Shown here piece after piece: positions 60,367-64,000 of a DNA stretch of 64,000 nt. The position numbers and the translations under genes are program-made. The first letter of the stretch is position 1, and each line of letters opens with the position of its first letter. The notes under the pieces are model-generated. The model was not told the DNA's origin, made no database searches, and worked only from the letters and a program-made list of their open reading frames with translations. This stretch comes from Paramoeba atlantica (lineage: Eukaryota; Protista; Discosea): contig CDRNVI010000139.1 in assembly GCA_977017575.1 (NCBI GenBank), positions 248,001-312,000 on the forward strand, read 5' to 3'.

Positions 60367-61136
60367 AGTTCACTTTTTTTTTTTTTGTTGTTCTTTTTGT
60401 TGATTCATCTTTTTTATTTGGTTGAATAAATAAACCCAAACTCAACAACACTCTTTCAAAACTCAAAAACAATCTTTTTTTTCTTTTTTTTGGTTGTTGT
60501 TGGGAGGGGGGAGAGGAGGAATTCATATTTTTTGGTTGATTGAATGAGAGAAACACATTTTTGGAAAAATGAAATTTTAATCAACAAAAAAATTGAGAAA
60601 TAGTAATTCCACAAAAGGGTCAAGAATTTGAGAAAATTCTCATCCATCCAACCAAAACCAAACAAAATTGAGAAATGAAGAAAGAAAAGAAAGAAAGGAA
60701 AGGATGAGGGAGAGAAGAAGAAAGAGATATCAAAAACAGACAAAGGGAGAGTGAAGTGGGGGAGGAGGAGAGGAGAGAAGAAGAGTCATTATTGGTCTGT
60801 GGAGCAAATCAAAAAAAAGGTTTGAAAGAAGGAGAATAAAATCAAAGCGAAAAATTGGGAACAAAAAGAACACCCCAACATTTTGTGCACCAGAAGAGAC
60901 TAAAAAGAAAGGAAAAGGGAGGGAAAGAAAGAGATAAAAATCGAATCGAAATTGAAGAAGAAGGTGATTGGAAAAAAAGACCTCACCACACCACAACAGA
61001 GACTAAAACTAAAAGAAAGGGAGGAGGAGAGGAGGGTGGGAAAGAGAAAAAACATTAATTTCTTTCATTTTTCTCTAAAAACAAGAAAAAAAGTAAACAA
61101 AAAAATGATACAAAATAAAAATCAATGAAAACCAAA

Positions 61137-63636
61137 CGGGTTCCTTCCAGGCCAAAAGACTAATTAGGCCCCTATTTTTGACTCCTTTTTTGAAGCCACT
61201 GGTGGGTGGAGGGGGAGATTTTTTTTGATAAACTTTTTAATAAAGATCTTTTAAACAAGAATATCAAGAAATATTTGTCCAAATATTGTTTTTTGAAAAA
61301 AAAAATTGAGTCACCAAAAAAAAAAAAACATCATTTTTCAAAAGGACTAATTAGTCCTCAGTCATGTGCCTGCTCATATGGTCAGCAAAGCAACCTGAAC
61401 AAAAAATGAGTGTTTGATCACAGGAGCAATAGGTTCGAACTTTCTTTGTACAATTTGTCCCATTTGCATCTACTCTTCTGGTACTCTTGTCTGGCTTCAG
61501 TCCAATTACCATTTCGCCAAACTCCAGCAAAGTTGGGCTTGGTCATCAGATGATGTTCTACACGAGTTGGGAGTGGTATTCGCAGGTTATAGCCTTCATC
61601 CAAGGGATGATTCTGAGAGAGTAGACCTTGGGCAACCTCAAAACGAAATTCTGCAAAGGAGAGCTCTTTGGCTTGGGGGAAAAAGCGCTGAAATATGAGG
61701 AAGGCATTGACTTCCACAACTGCAAGAATGAAAGCAAACTGCCTGTGGACCCATTTTTTGGTCTTCCAGGAACTCTCCAAGGAGAGAGAACCTTGCCTCA
61801 GTTGGTTGTGATCATCCACACAATGCCTGGTTTGATAGTAAAAGTCAAGAGGCTGAGTATATCGCAGGGAGAGTCTTTGGCCTTCAAGCTTGCGATTTCG
61901 TGGGCGACCAGTGGGAAAAGAAGTTCCCCAGGTATTAATCATTATAGAAGAGTGATGAACATCTTGGAAAGCCTCCACATAGAATTTATGACCTCTCAGA
62001 GATCCTTTCTTCACTTTCACATAACCAGGTTCCTTCTCCTTGAGGTGTGCAACAATCTCTTCCCCTGGAATTCCTTTGGGCCAATATCGTTTTTTCTTTA
62101 CAACTGAAGTACAATACAATCCCTTTTCTAGAAGTTGAATACAACCTTCCAACACACAAAAACCACTATCCAAAGCAACTACTCGACCAGTTCCCCAAAT
62201 TCCCTCAGTCATTCTAAGCATCAAACCAACAGTTTTCGCTCCAGAACCAGATGGAGGTTGAAACTTGGGCAGGCCCATTTCAGGAGGATGGGACTTTCCT
62301 TCCACAATTTCAAGAAAGAATATCACTCTAGTCTCCCCACAACCAATTGTATGATATTCATTTCCAAAAGGATGAGGTTTCCTCTGAACAAACATCCAAC
62401 CAGGAGCCCATTTACAAAACCACACCACCATAGACTCATCCAGACAGACCTGCCAACTTGGAACAAAGATGGTCTTCATCTTTTCATTAAAAGCAGCAAT
62501 CAGGGGTCGAATTTCCCACATACGGTCTGTGTAAGAGGGTTTTGCAGAGAGAGGAGCAAGTTTAAGAGAGGAGACAATCATATCAAACCGATTTCTACTG
62601 ATATATTTCCCAAGATAAGGCAGTGTACCACGCAAGGAAGATCCAGCTGAATCCTTTGAAATTCGAAAAAAATCCCTTCTTTTATGTCCTGGGTAGAAAG
62701 ACATAATCTGGCGCAAGGCAATAAAATCAAGCATTTCAGCTTCAGTGAAGTTCAAAGAATGGTTAAACTCATTTGTTGCTTTCAGCACATCAGTTTTTAG
62801 AAAGGTTAGAGGCAGAACTTGGAGAAAAATATCGAGGGGAGTGGGGACATGAACAGCATCAAAGCGAATTCTTGTACAGGCCTTGAGGTCTTGTGCTCCT
62901 ATCACAGCACGAGCATCAGTTGTTGAGGAAGACCACTCAGAAACAAAGGAAAGATCATTTTCAACGAGTTCTGCTGCATTGTCTTCCCCTTCCTCCTCAA
63001 TATCAGAGCAAGATTCAGTATCTTCATCATCAGTATCAGATGAGCCCAAAACAGGCACAGAGGTTGTTGATGCCTGGGATGAACCAGAACTTGATCCTCC
63101 TGAGCCAGAAGAGGATGATGAAGATGAAGATGGATGAGTTGAAGTCCCACAACCCTCTGAGACATCCACTTCTCCGACAAACTTTAAATTTTCAGGGAGA
63201 GCCAGAAGGTAATCATTCTGGAAGACAGGAGAACGAAGCAAAACTACCATCTGAGATTTCCTGTCATAGTTCTGAAGTTCCACCCTTTTCACCCTGAGTG
63301 AAGAGAGAGATGCTCCTTGATATCGGTCACCAAAATGTTTCCTTAGAAGATGAGAAGGGCGAAGGTTCACAGCTTTGCAGAACCAAATAGTACCCTCCTT
63401 CAATTCTTCAATTCTTGGGGAAGTTGATCCAGAACTCATTTTTCTCACCACTGTAACTTTTTTCATTCAGACTTTCTGAGAAAGGCATTGTGATGAAAAT
63501 CAAGAAAAAACCTCAAAGAAACGCAAAAGAAAGTAAAAAAAAAAAAAAAAGTTCAAAAATGAGCTTTATTTTGGCCAACAAACAGGAGCCTAATTAGGCC
63601 CAAAAAGACTAATTAGGCCCCCCTGGAAGGAACCCG
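61137..63636 (-). mobile_element. piggyBac-like DNA transposon, copy 2 (2500 bp)
   Basis: Same 15-bp TIRs (61137-61151, 63622-63636); TSD CAAA (61133-61136, 63637-63640); ~99% identical to copy 1 by manual comparison. Confidence 0.93.
61351..63466 (-). CDS. piggyBac-family transposase; catalytic core open, +1 shift at ~61464 removes the Cys-rich tail
   Basis: 682-aa ORF 63466-61418; TGCAAATGGG versus TGCAATGGG in copy 1; the corrected frame ends at TAA 61353-61351. Confidence 0.85.
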
Positions 63637-63771
63637 CAAACAAGAAAAAAGAAACAAAGAGAAAAAGAAAATTTTAACAAAGAACACACCTCCACTTCAC
63701 CCACACTTCTCAAAAAAAAAGAAACAAAAAAGAGAAAGAAAATGAAAAAAAAATCAAACCTTTTCCTTCTC

Positions 63772-64000
63772 TCAGTCCCAAAATTCAATTGACTTTTTCG
63801 CATAATCTACAACAATAATTGTTCCAAATGAATCAACAACAACCCCAATAGGATTCACCATGTGATGTTTACCAAATGAAAAAAGAAATGTTCCATCTTT
63901 CTCAAATACACACACCCTCCCATTTCCTGAATCACAAACAACAATTCTATCTTCCCCATCTACATCAACACCTCCTGGAGAGTTCAATTGAGAATCACCT
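63772..64000 (-). CDS. 3' end (NHL blades 5-6) of TRIM-NHL paralog Q
   Basis: SPGGVDVDGEDRIVVCDSGNGRVCVFEKDGTFLFSFG...SIEFWD*. Confidence 0.85.
   Translation of the reverse strand, partial: GDSQLNSPGGVDVDGEDRIVVCDSGNGRVCVFEKDGTFLFSFGKHHMVNPIGVVVDSFGTIIVVDYAKKSIEFWD

Noticed and set aside
1-64000. tRNA, rRNA or diversity-generating-retroelement components explaining NHL variability
   Set aside because: No cloverleaf, rRNA or reverse transcriptase was recognised, and the variation is not confined to adenines relative to a template repeat

Overview
AT-rich eukaryotic (protist-like, possibly amoebozoan; not determinable here) genomic DNA. About 85% of the window is an array of 17 paralogous TRIM-NHL loci plus 2 fragments. 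The full architecture is basic NLS-like N-terminus, His-less RING with a poly-Ser loop, one phase-1 intron, B-box1, B-box2, coiled coil, poly-Thr, six NHL blades. Loci alternate strictly in orientation as head-to-head pairs. Eight look intact, two are cut by the window edges and seven are disrupted. The coiled coil is nearly invariant, while x-P-x positions at the start of each NHL blade are hypervariable. Seven divergent spacers each carry one copy of a conserved ~85-bp block whose orientation flips. Two ~2.5-kb copies of a piggyBac-like transposon have 15-bp TIRs and 4-bp target duplications that are not TTAA (CGAT, CAAA). A four-gene island at 49.6-56.4 kb (minimal LUC7, divergent 14-3-3-like, SNG1/DUF3533-like membrane protein, AIFM2/FSP1-like oxidoreductase) splits the last pair. 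Smaller foreign inserts are also present: an LRR-cap remnant, a 77-bp element with TSD, and GAN-motif repeats. All homology calls are from motif recognition by eye, and single-base frameshifts in homopolymer or purine runs may be assembly errors.
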